Below, in pieces: positions 40,893 to 49,312 of a stretch of DNA of 64,000 nucleotides. The notes beneath the pieces are model-generated. The model worked only from the letters and a program-made list of their open reading frames with translations. It did no database searches and had not been told where the DNA came from. The position numbers and the translations under genes were made by a program. The first letter of the stretch is position 1. Each line of letters begins with the position of its first letter. Origin of the DNA: an uncultured Christensenellaceae bacterium. GTDB lineage: Bacteria > Bacillota > Clostridia > Christensenellales > UBA3700. The DNA lies in the NCBI GenBank assembly GCA_944381365.1, contig CALWKW010000002.1, forward strand, positions 64,318-128,317, read 5' to 3'.

Positions 40893-42212
40893 ATGAAAGA
40901 AACAGACATCAGACCTATCCCGAAAAACATCCTGAAAAGGATACGGAAACTTGACGGCAAATACTATCCAAGCCCAGACGGTCATGTGCGCTGCTACGCC
41001 TACCTGACCACTTGGAAAAACGAGCTTGTGAAGGTAACCATCGCCGTAAAACACCGCTACAAAAAGTGGTACTGCAAACAGGTCGCAATTCACGGATTGG
41101 ATTCGGATAAGTGCTTTGTGAAAGACATGGAATATTGCTATTGCGCCGGCATGGGATTCCGCTTCGGCTGGTACGAAGAAGGCTTGCAGAAATACAAGCA
41201 ATGGTACGAACGCGGCTGGTGCTGGGCTTACGACAAATACTATGATCCCTTCGCGGAGATCGTAAATCCGCACTTCATAGACCGCTTGCCGGAGTTCAGA
41301 TATTCCGCGTATAAAATGTATCAGGGCTGCAATATTTTCAAGTATTTACGGCTCTACCGACAGTATCCGCAGCTCGAAATGCTGATGAAGCTCGGCTTTT
41401 CACGGATCGCGTTGAGCAAAACGATACTCAAACGCTGCGGCACGGACAAAGCCTTCTGCAAGTGGCTTATCGCAAACAAAGCGGCGCTTCGGGACAGGCA
41501 CTACTACATAGATGTCATCGTCCGAGCGTATAAAACCAAGAAGCCGCTCGAACAGCTTCAACACTACAAGGAAGCAAAACTTCGGCTGATCCATGACAGC
41601 GCGCTCGAACCGTTAAAGGAGCTGTTCAAAGGCAAGGAACTTGAACGGCTCTTTGATTATGTCGCGGAGAAGCGCACCAATCCGCATACCTATCTCGACT
41701 ATCTCAAAGCCTGCCAAAATCTCGGTTTGGATATGTCCGAAGAGAAGAACCGCTTCCCACACGACTTCAAACGCTGGCACGACATCCGCATAGACCAATA
41801 CGCCGCGAAAAAGGCGATGGAAGATGCGGAAAAGCGCAAAGAATTGTACGCGCAATTCGCCGCCGTTGCGGAGAAATATCTGTCCCTGCAACACGCGAAA
41901 CGAAGCGCGTTTATCTGCGTCATCGCAAAAAGTCCTGCTGACCTTATCCGTGAGGGTGAAGCGTTGCACCATTGCGTGGGACGGATGAACTACGACCAGC
42001 GTTTTGTCCGCGAAGAATCGCTCATCTTCTTCGTCCGAGCAAAGGAAAGCCCGGATATTCCGCTCGTGACGCTCGAATACTCGCCGCGCAGTCACAAAGT
42101 CCTGCAATGCTACGGCGAACACGACCACAAACCAAGCGAAGATGTACTGCACTACGTCAACAAAATATGGCTGCCTTATGCCAACAGACAAATAAGACAA
42201 ATTGCCGCATAG
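40893..42212 (+). CDS. PcfJ-like protein
   Basis: C-terminal LIREGEALHHCVGRMNYDQRFVREESLIFFVR...LVTLEY is the PcfJ signature as I recall it. It follows a PcfK-like gene, as on pCF10. Confidence 0.65.
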   Translation: MKETDIRPIPKNILKRIRKLDGKYYPSPDGHVRCYAYLTTWKNELVKVTIAVKHRYKKWYCKQVAIHGLDSDKCFVKDMEYCYCAGMGFRFGWYEEGLQKYKQWYERGWCWAYDKYYDPFAEIVNPHFIDRLPEFRYSAYKMYQGCNIFKYLRLYRQYPQLEMLMKLGFSRIALSKTILKRCGTDKAFCKWLIANKAALRDRHYYIDVIVRAYKTKKPLEQLQHYKEAKLRLIHDSALEPLKELFKGKELERLFDYVAEKRTNPHTYLDYLKACQNLGLDMSEEKNRFPHDFKRWHDIRIDQYAAKKAMEDAEKRKELYAQFAAVAEKYLSLQHAKRSAFICVIAKSPADLIREGEALHHCVGRMNYDQRFVREESLIFFVRAKESPDIPLVTLEYSPRSHKVLQCYGEHDHKPSEDVLHYVNKIWLPYANRQIRQIAA

Positions 42213-42224
42213 GAGGAAAAAGCA

Positions 42225-42509
42225 ATGGCAAACTATTTTAGAATTACAGCATATCACCCGACCGAAAATCTCTCGGTCATTATGGATTCAAACGGACTGT
42301 TTGAAAAACTCTGGCAATTCTCGTCCTTTATGGTATCCAAAGGCTTCAAAATCATTGAAGTCGGGGGCGAAGACAAATTCAACGAAGGCGATATGCCAAA
42401 AGTCGAACCTGACAATACTCATGTTATCGTTCGTGCTTGTAAAAGCGGTCTACCGGAAATTACAGGCAACTGCATTACGGTAGAAGGTAAATCATACTCC
42501 ATTATATAA
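42225..42509 (+). CDS. hypothetical protein, 94 aa (last gene of the + array)
   Basis: AGGAGG RBS, followed by a strong terminator. Confidence 0.55.
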   Translation: MANYFRITAYHPTENLSVIMDSNGLFEKLWQFSSFMVSKGFKIIEVGGEDKFNEGDMPKVEPDNTHVIVRACKSGLPEITGNCITVEGKSYSII

Positions 42510-42512
42510 AAT

Positions 42513-42537
42513 AAAAAGCCGCTTGTTGCGGCTTTTT
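42513..42537. terminator. bidirectional Rho-independent terminator at the backbone/cargo boundary
   Basis: AAAGCCGC-TTGTT-GCGGCTTT followed by a T-run (coordinates +/-2). Confidence 0.7.
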
Positions 42538-42556
42538 ATGGCTTTTATCTCTACGA

Positions 42557-45373
42557 TTATATATTAGTATATTTATTCTTTCTTGCCAAAAACGCTTCCT
42601 TCCCTCCTTCAAGTATATTGCAAATATGCTGTTGAATACCCCTTGAACCTAAGAAAGTATCTTCGTCTATAATTGTAATATTTTCAATCGCGCCAGATCT
42701 ATATTCAAACCTAAATGATTTATTGTTTGTTTGTGCATTACTGTCAATTTGCTGATTTGCTACAATAACTTCTTCAGCATCGCAACCCAGTACCAAATTT
42801 GCATTGTGTGTAACTAATATAATTTGTCTATCCTTTTTTCTATCCCTTATAAACGAAACCAAATCAGAAACTATAGATAAATTATCCAAATCGTCCTCAG
42901 GCTGATCTAATAATATCGGGCATTTAGATTCGTCGTGACTAATAAGTAACTTTAATAATACTAACGCCTTTTTCCCTGGTGACATATTTTCAATTTGATC
43001 ACCATCCATTTCAATAGTATATATAATATTGTCAAAATCACTTAAAAGTTCTTGCAAAGCGTGATTTTTATCATATTTGCTCAATAAAACTTTTTGAGTA
43101 TCATTTCCTAAAATTGCGTTAATATAATCTTTTTTACAATCCTCATCAAACTCAGATTCTAAAATAAATTGTTCATTATCTAAATCTCGGAATACGCCAT
43201 TATGAATACTTTTTAAGGCACTTTGTGTGAATATTTTAGTGATCGTTTCCTTAAACAAAGACCTACGACGACGTTTTATCGCAACAATTTTAAAGTTTTC
43301 ATCGGTATCTTTAAATTGAATACTCTTAAATTCACTTTCAAACAAATCATATTCCGCCTCGCGTGATGTTGTTAATGAAAGAATTGAATTTATTAAATCA
43401 TCTAATGCTTTTCGTAAATTTCTTAGAATCTCATATTCATCATTAATTTTTCTCAACTGTTCCTCTTCAGTCCGTAAATCTCCTTCAAGCTTTTTAATTT
43501 CTGCATTATTATCAATCATCGGTTTAAGCCCATTAATGATCTCCATAATCTTGGCATATTCCACTTGCAATGCCTCTAATCGATCAGATATAGAATCAAG
43601 AATTTTAGCTTTAGATTCTTGCCATGATTGTTTCGCTTCTTCAGAGATAACTTTAGCAACTTCGCTTACTTTCTTAGCAATCGCTGAATCCATTAAATCC
43701 TCAATATCAATTTTAACAAAAACATCTTCACTATTCTCGATCCGCTTCTTATCTGCAGTAAGCATTTGAATATTTTTTTCTATTAAAATTTTATCTTCAA
43801 CAGCTTTATCAAATCTAGCGATATCATCTGTAGATATGTTTAATGTTTTTGCTAAAGCTTCTTTTCTTTGACGCAGCAATTCTATATTATTTTTTACAGA
43901 TTCTATTCCTCCTAAATCCTTTATTAATAAAACTTGGGAATCAAATTCTTTCTTTTTATAAACCAATTCCAATATTTTTGAATCAATCTGCTTTTGTATA
44001 TCTATATTTTTTGCATCAAATGATCTACGCAGATCACAAAAAGCTTTATTTTGACAGATAATGTTTTCAATAATTTTATCTATTTCCGTCTTTTCCGCAC
44101 GGTCATCCATTAATTTGTTAAGATATGATTGTGCAATATATACAATTTTCTTATCGTCGCTTGAGCCATTATATGAAATAGCCCCATCTTTCCAATGAAC
44201 TTTAACAGGAAATTCTAAAGGCTTTTTTTTACCATTATAAACAGTCTCAAGACGTGAAGAAACTTCTGATGAATCAATAGCTCGCGCTATATTTTGAAGC
44301 AGTATAGATTTTCCTGTAGATTTTAATCCAATTATACAAGTTAAATTTTGATTAATTGGAAGCATTTCGTTGGAAAAACGATGAGGCACAACATTATCTT
44401 CTATAACAATGCCGTCTATAATCCTATAATTGTCTACACGATCTGCAGGGCAAAATTCCTGAATACGAACACGCTCAATTGGCTCGCAAAGAATTTGACG
44501 CAGCCCTTCCCAAGTAGGATCAGCTTTTATCCAACAATATCTTTTTGTAGATTTCCCTTGGTTATCAAGGGGTTCAAATATTGCATTATTAGTATGCGCA
44601 TCACATCCCCAAACACACGGCATAATTTTACTAGGTTTTTTATCTTTTTCTCCAGAAAAAAACTTAATATCCGATGGATTAGCAGATAATATCAAATCAG
44701 AAACCATATAAAGATCTCTTCTATATTCTAATAAATCTACTAAATCCTGGGAAGGACTACTTGGATTACCTACAGCTGAGGCCCCATCAGTACTTTTATT
44801 TGGCATTAGAACCAATACGTTATCCTTACATTCTGGATAATTATTAAATATTTTGATTATGTCATCAAAATTTATATGAAACTCTTCAACTCCTTTTTTA
44901 TATGCACGTTCATCATCTAGTCCAGGGACAAGTTCCTTCCCATAACGAATCAAGTCATCTTTACGCGCACAATAAGTACTTGTTGCAGACTTGTAGATTA
45001 AATTGCTTAAAATAATAGTATCTACTCTATCCACAAAAGAAGGATTGATTAAAAGATGTACATTCATTTTAACTCCATCTTTTAATGGCAAGCATCTCAA
45101 CTCAATATTAGGAAATATAAAATCTATATTTTGATCAAGAATACCATCGGCTTTTATCTTCTTGTAGTTTTCAATAGAAAAATAATCGGTAATGCCTACT
45201 GCTGCAATTTTTCTTTGAGGATCACTTCCATCACCGATGTAATTTTTTATATCTTGATAAAACCTTGCCCATTTTTCATCGTTATCACCATGAAACTGGT
45301 CATTTTTCTTAGTATTAGGTGTATGAAGATGAAAATCCCACCTTCGCCATTCTGAACCTCTTGAATAATCCAT
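42557..45373 (-). CDS. PHP-domain phosphoesterase fused to an ABC/SMC-like ATPase with a long coiled-coil insertion (Ppl/PplA-like defence protein)
   Basis: PHP motifs WDFHLHTP, ITDY, NIEL, NVHLL, GCDAHT. Walker A GLKSTGKS, about 370 aa of K/E/L-rich heptad-like sequence, signature-like MSPGKKAL, Walker B ILLDQPEDDLD, and H-loop VTHN. Confidence 0.8.
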   Translation of the reverse strand: MDYSRGSEWRRWDFHLHTPNTKKNDQFHGDNDEKWARFYQDIKNYIGDGSDPQRKIAAVGITDYFSIENYKKIKADGILDQNIDFIFPNIELRCLPLKDGVKMNVHLLINPSFVDRVDTIILSNLIYKSATSTYCARKDDLIRYGKELVPGLDDERAYKKGVEEFHINFDDIIKIFNNYPECKDNVLVLMPNKSTDGASAVGNPSSPSQDLVDLLEYRRDLYMVSDLILSANPSDIKFFSGEKDKKPSKIMPCVWGCDAHTNNAIFEPLDNQGKSTKRYCWIKADPTWEGLRQILCEPIERVRIQEFCPADRVDNYRIIDGIVIEDNVVPHRFSNEMLPINQNLTCIIGLKSTGKSILLQNIARAIDSSEVSSRLETVYNGKKKPLEFPVKVHWKDGAISYNGSSDDKKIVYIAQSYLNKLMDDRAEKTEIDKIIENIICQNKAFCDLRRSFDAKNIDIQKQIDSKILELVYKKKEFDSQVLLIKDLGGIESVKNNIELLRQRKEALAKTLNISTDDIARFDKAVEDKILIEKNIQMLTADKKRIENSEDVFVKIDIEDLMDSAIAKKVSEVAKVISEEAKQSWQESKAKILDSISDRLEALQVEYAKIMEIINGLKPMIDNNAEIKKLEGDLRTEEEQLRKINDEYEILRNLRKALDDLINSILSLTTSREAEYDLFESEFKSIQFKDTDENFKIVAIKRRRRSLFKETITKIFTQSALKSIHNGVFRDLDNEQFILESEFDEDCKKDYINAILGNDTQKVLLSKYDKNHALQELLSDFDNIIYTIEMDGDQIENMSPGKKALVLLKLLISHDESKCPILLDQPEDDLDNLSIVSDLVSFIRDRKKDRQIILVTHNANLVLGCDAEEVIVANQQIDSNAQTNNKSFRFEYRSGAIENITIIDEDTFLGSRGIQQHICNILEGGKEAFLARKNKYTNI

Positions 45374-45391
45374 ATATTCTCCTTATAAAAT

Positions 45392-46357
45392 TTAGCTCAA
45401 CAATAACTTTGCGACTTCTTTAGCAACATACCAAAACATAACAGGGGCAATTGCGTTGCCTAACGCACGATATTGGGCGCCTTCAGACCCAATGAGCACA
45501 AAAGATTCTGGGAAAGACTGGATACGAGCAACTTCACGAGGAGTAAAACGCCTAAATCTACCATTATCCAAAAGAACAGGATCTGTACTATTCAAAGAAA
45601 CCTTTGCTAAATGAGCTCCAACCGTATTACACGGTTGATTAATATCTTGCGCTCGTCCCTTATTCATCGTCTCTCGCTTTTTCATCATACCTGCTATGGC
45701 TTTATCGCTAAAGAAATATTTTTCAGGAACTGCATTCTCAATAACTTGAGATAAAGTTGATATGGGGAGATCTCCTTCTTTAGGTAAGCACTCAAAATCG
45801 AAAATCGTATTTAAGTCCTTCCTAATACCAACAATGATAACCCTTTCTCTCTTTTGCGGAACGCCAAAATCAACCGCATTCAACAACTTAAAAGAAACAT
45901 TATAACCACTGTCCTCAAACTCCTTAATTATCAGGGGGAAAGCACTTTTCCCATTAGCCGACAAAATTCCTTTAACATTCTCAGCAATAAAACACCGAGG
46001 CTTTTTATCCCTCAAAATCCTGCACATTTCAAAGAAAAGTTTGCCTCTATCATCTTTGACTCCTAACCGCTTTGGATTCTGTGCAACAATAGAAAAAGAT
46101 TGACACGGGAACCCACCGGTCAAAATATCAATTTCGGGAATTTCAGCTGAACCAACGGATCTAATATCTCTATTATCTGGTTTAATCCCAAAATTTCGCT
46201 CAAATATGGCGCAAGCATTTTCATCTATATCATTAGCATAGACTATCTCGATTGGATTCTCATCGTATTTTTTGCCTAAAAAAACAAAATCACCAAGCAA
46301 ACCAACATCTGTACCACCGCAACCACAAAACAATGACGCAACTTTTAACTTACCCAT
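45392..46357 (-). CDS. DNA (cytosine-5)-methyltransferase (second MTase of the cassette)
   Basis: Motif I LFCGCGG, IV GFPCQSFS, VI ENVKG, VIII QKRERV, X GNAIAP. Confidence 0.9.
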   Translation of the reverse strand: MGKLKVASLFCGCGGTDVGLLGDFVFLGKKYDENPIEIVYANDIDENACAIFERNFGIKPDNRDIRSVGSAEIPEIDILTGGFPCQSFSIVAQNPKRLGVKDDRGKLFFEMCRILRDKKPRCFIAENVKGILSANGKSAFPLIIKEFEDSGYNVSFKLLNAVDFGVPQKRERVIIVGIRKDLNTIFDFECLPKEGDLPISTLSQVIENAVPEKYFFSDKAIAGMMKKRETMNKGRAQDINQPCNTVGAHLAKVSLNSTDPVLLDNGRFRRFTPREVARIQSFPESFVLIGSEGAQYRALGNAIAPVMFWYVAKEVAKLLLS

Positions 46358-47754
46358 GTCAACAACTCCTCAAAATTACCCGCAGTCGCTATTTCAAATG
46401 TAATTTCTGCACCATCTTTAGGTATCATATTGATGATATCTTTTTTATATAATCCAACAGGGTCTTGAATTACATACAACTTTTTCTCTAATTTACTTAT
46501 CATCAAACGATATACAAAATACCTATCCTTCATTGATCCAGCCGTATTCCACTCATTCGGTGTCATATGAATTTTATTAAAATGTAATGGTTTGGAACTA
46601 ATGGTTGTCTTTACTTCTATATAACGCTTCCGTTCATCAAGTTCGACGGATTGAATATCATATCCGACAGCGAATTGTGTAGGGATTCTTTTAATTAAAT
46701 GAATCAAATCAATTCTTCCACCATTTTTAATACGTTGGCACTCATGCGAATGAACTAAACTCTCCCCGATATCTCCAATATCTTTGGTTTTAATATCTTC
46801 TTGATCTAATAACTGTGAATAAGTTTCATCTCTATTGCGTTGTAATTCTTCATATTCTTTTGTACTTGAAGAAATAAAAGCCAAGATATCTGTTGTAAAA
46901 TCAGTATGACTCATATCTCTGTTAACATAATTATACCAACCTACTGTACACGATTTTATATCTTCTAATGTAGCATACCTTCTTGAGATCATTAAATCAT
47001 ACGCATTAAACCATTCAGTTGAATTAATAAATTTCAAAATAGCTTCATTTTCTAACGTGTTAGTGTAATAAGCCTTACTATCATGGGACACTAACAAATT
47101 GGCAATTTCCATATAGTCGATAATATCACCAGCATATCTAATTATATCGCCGGTAGAATCATACTCTATAGAATCATCTCTATTTTGTTTAATACGATGC
47201 CATGTATCCAACGGAGTTTCAAGTCCAGTAGTACAGCGCAAATCATTAAATATACAATGGCAGACCTCCTCTTTCGATAAACCAATTCTTTTACCAGTTT
47301 CTTGTTCGGCCGCTTGAAATACTTTTAATATGTACTGTACTGGCTTGAAATGAATGCCAGCTTCGATTTGCTTTAACACCTCGTGAGGTTTAATATGCGC
47401 GCCCGGATATTGAAAAGAATATAAAAAAACCTTAAAGGCTTCAACCAAATCTTCTTTTTCTGCCAATTCAATTGCACGCTGTCCGGGAGAAGTCGTACCA
47501 TTATCGACAATGTAAAAACCGAAGAGTGAAGAAATTTCAGTTCTCCAGTTATTAATCGTTTTGATTTTCCTTATTGCATTTCCCGGATATCTACGAATAG
47601 CATCATTTAATTGTTCTGCAAAATCTTTCTCAGATTGTGCAGGTATTTGCGCAATTTCTGTTGCCATATAAATAAGAACATTTTCTATATCCCCCTTGAA
47701 ACGAGGACGTACATGATGTATTCTAAAATAATACTTTTCAGGCACCTTGTACAT
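46345..47754 (-). CDS. putative type II restriction endonuclease with C-terminal PD-(D/E)xK (DUF3883-like) domain
   Basis: C-terminus GDIGESLV...GYDIQSV...RYIEVKTT...EWN...YFVYRL fits a D...EVK nuclease core. The gene is sandwiched between two MTases and overlaps the downstream one by 13 nt. Confidence 0.6.
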   Translation of the reverse strand: MYKVPEKYYFRIHHVRPRFKGDIENVLIYMATEIAQIPAQSEKDFAEQLNDAIRRYPGNAIRKIKTINNWRTEISSLFGFYIVDNGTTSPGQRAIELAEKEDLVEAFKVFLYSFQYPGAHIKPHEVLKQIEAGIHFKPVQYILKVFQAAEQETGKRIGLSKEEVCHCIFNDLRCTTGLETPLDTWHRIKQNRDDSIEYDSTGDIIRYAGDIIDYMEIANLLVSHDSKAYYTNTLENEAILKFINSTEWFNAYDLMISRRYATLEDIKSCTVGWYNYVNRDMSHTDFTTDILAFISSSTKEYEELQRNRDETYSQLLDQEDIKTKDIGDIGESLVHSHECQRIKNGGRIDLIHLIKRIPTQFAVGYDIQSVELDERKRYIEVKTTISSKPLHFNKIHMTPNEWNTAGSMKDRYFVYRLMISKLEKKLYVIQDPVGLYKKDIINMIPKDGAEITFEIATAGNFEELLTWVS

Positions 47755-47759
47755 ATTTG

Positions 47760-48851
47760 TTACTCCTTTATATATTTTAACAACTGTTGCGCTATTGCTT
47801 GAGCCATAAGGGGTGGCACAGCATTACCTACTTGTCTAAATTGCTGAGTTTTATTTCCTAAGAAAATAAAATCATCTGGGAAAGATTGCAATCTTGCACA
47901 TTCCCTTACAGTTGGAACACGATTATATTTATAATGGAAATGATGCCTATGACCGGTGTCTATTGTAGGAGCTGGTTTGTTGCTATCAAATCTAGTCCAT
48001 GCAACATGAAAATTTCTACTACTTCTGTAAGCTTCGGGCAAATCTTTATAGTTGCCTCCATCAGGAACCATACTAATTATCTTTTGAACCTTTTCTGAAT
48101 GAACAGCCGCTATATGATTTTTCACTACACTTGAATGCTGTCTCATCAATTCCTGATATTGACAAGTACACTCCGTTGCATAACTTTGAGTTTCCTCACC
48201 TAAAGAATCAATCAAGGGAGGCAAATCACTTAATGCCATAGAACACGTTACTTTATCTTTCTGTGTGGGCGGAAATTCGAACTCGCCATTTTTAAGTCCA
48301 ACAAAAACCACTCTGCGTCTTGTTTGCGGAACACCATAATCTGCAGCACAAATAATTTGATATCTAACAGTATATCCCAAATCTGTAAGGCGCTTTATTA
48401 TACTATCTTTTATTTGACCGCCAAATAAAGAGACTAATCCCGGAACATTTTCAATAACAAACGCTTTCGGTTTAATTTCTTCTACCAACCTAATATAAGA
48501 TAAATATAATTTGTTTCTAGGGTCATCAAAACGCCGAGGTCCAGATAAAGACATTCCTTGACAAGGGGGACCGCCAATAATAACATCTATTGTTTTATTG
48601 CCTGTCGCTTTATCAATATCCTGCTTATGCAAAACAGTAATATCGCCACAAATTGATTTAGCGCCTTTATGATTAAGTTCAAATGTTTCTAATGCCTTTT
48701 TATCATTATCTATGCCAAGAACTATATTATACCCAGCACTTTCAAAACCATATGATAAACCGCCACAGCCACAAAATAGATCCAATACATTAATCATAAT
48801 TTTACTTTTCACCTTTCGCATTTTTTCGTCCATCAATAGGCTTTTCTGCAT
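47760..48851 (-). CDS. DNA (cytosine-5)-methyltransferase (first MTase of the cassette)
   Basis: Motif I LFCGCGG, IV GPPCQGMS, VI ENVPG, VIII QTRRRV, X GNAVPP. The true start is probably the ATG at 48797 (MINVLDLF) or 48821, just after or overlapping the HTH gene. Confidence 0.9.
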   Translation of the reverse strand: MQKSLLMDEKMRKVKSKIMINVLDLFCGCGGLSYGFESAGYNIVLGIDNDKKALETFELNHKGAKSICGDITVLHKQDIDKATGNKTIDVIIGGPPCQGMSLSGPRRFDDPRNKLYLSYIRLVEEIKPKAFVIENVPGLVSLFGGQIKDSIIKRLTDLGYTVRYQIICAADYGVPQTRRRVVFVGLKNGEFEFPPTQKDKVTCSMALSDLPPLIDSLGEETQSYATECTCQYQELMRQHSSVVKNHIAAVHSEKVQKIISMVPDGGNYKDLPEAYRSSRNFHVAWTRFDSNKPAPTIDTGHRHHFHYKYNRVPTVRECARLQSFPDDFIFLGNKTQQFRQVGNAVPPLMAQAIAQQLLKYIKE

Positions 48852-48987
48852 TAATCGGAATAGCCCAATTTTCCCCTAATTTGAACACACCGGGAATTCG
48901 ATTTTCCATACATAGGATTTGAACTCTTCGCTGCGAAATATTCCATTTTTTTGCAGCTTGGCTGGCTGTCATAAATTGATTTGTCAT
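48802..48987 (-). CDS. small helix-turn-helix DNA-binding protein (MerR/excisionase-like); candidate controller of the cassette
   Basis: MTASQAAKKWNISQRRVQILCMENRIPGVFKLGENWAIP, with an AAGGAG RBS. It is the first gene of the operon. Confidence 0.7.
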   Translation of the reverse strand: MTNQFMTASQAAKKWNISQRRVQILCMENRIPGVFKLGENWAIPINAEKPIDGRKNAKGEK

Positions 48988-49022
48988 AATAGCTCCTTAT
49001 ATTGTTCCACGGGACGAATGAT

Positions 49023-49051
49023 ATTATAGCATGAATAAAATAAATTTTCAA
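49023..49051 (-). promoter_or_regulatory. near-consensus sigma-A promoter driving the defence operon
   Basis: On the minus strand: TTGAAA, 17 nt, TATAAT, about 35 nt upstream of the HTH gene ATG. Confidence 0.55.
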
Positions 49052-49117
49052 GTCTATCAACTCAAAATCGGTAAAAAATCAAAAATGCTTTTACTCGCAT
49101 TTACTCATTTTGCAACC

Positions 49118-49183
49118 GTGGCGTGTGCTTGTCTTGATACGAGAGCGGCGCCGCTTCGCGCCGCCGCGACAAGCACACGCCAC
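49118..49183. other. nested inverted repeat carrying CTTGATA; candidate rolling-circle double-strand origin / nick site
   Basis: Perfect 16-bp arms, GTGGCGTGTGCTTGTC (49118-49133) and GACAAGCACACGCCAC (49168-49183). An inner 7-bp GC stem (GCGGCGC/GCGCCGC) sits in the loop. CTTGATA lies at 49133-49139 on the + strand, at the stem/loop junction. No T-run on either side. Confidence 0.5.
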
Positions 49184-49312
49184 TCGACCAAACCTGGTTG
49201 AAGGAGGAAAAGAAAAGTGATGACGGAAGCGGAGTCGCCCGCTAACCCGCTTGGGCGATCTTCCGCTTTCACCGTCACACTTCCCTTTCTTCTTTCCGTA
49301 TCCGTTCCATCT

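Larger units (their letters stand above)
42541..49117. other. low-GC defence cargo cassette nested in the element
   Basis: Composition drops to host-like AT-richness between the terminator at ~42.5 kb and the inverted repeat at ~49.12 kb. It holds five co-directional minus-strand genes. Confidence 0.7.

Noticed and set aside
39833-40960. 375-aa minus-strand ORF, and similarly 41613..42257 (-), opposite the MutS-I fusion and PcfJ genes
   Set aside because: Arg/His/Phe-rich, low-complexity translations with no RBS, lying fully antisense to well-supported + strand genes. These are typical shadow ORFs of GC-rich DNA.
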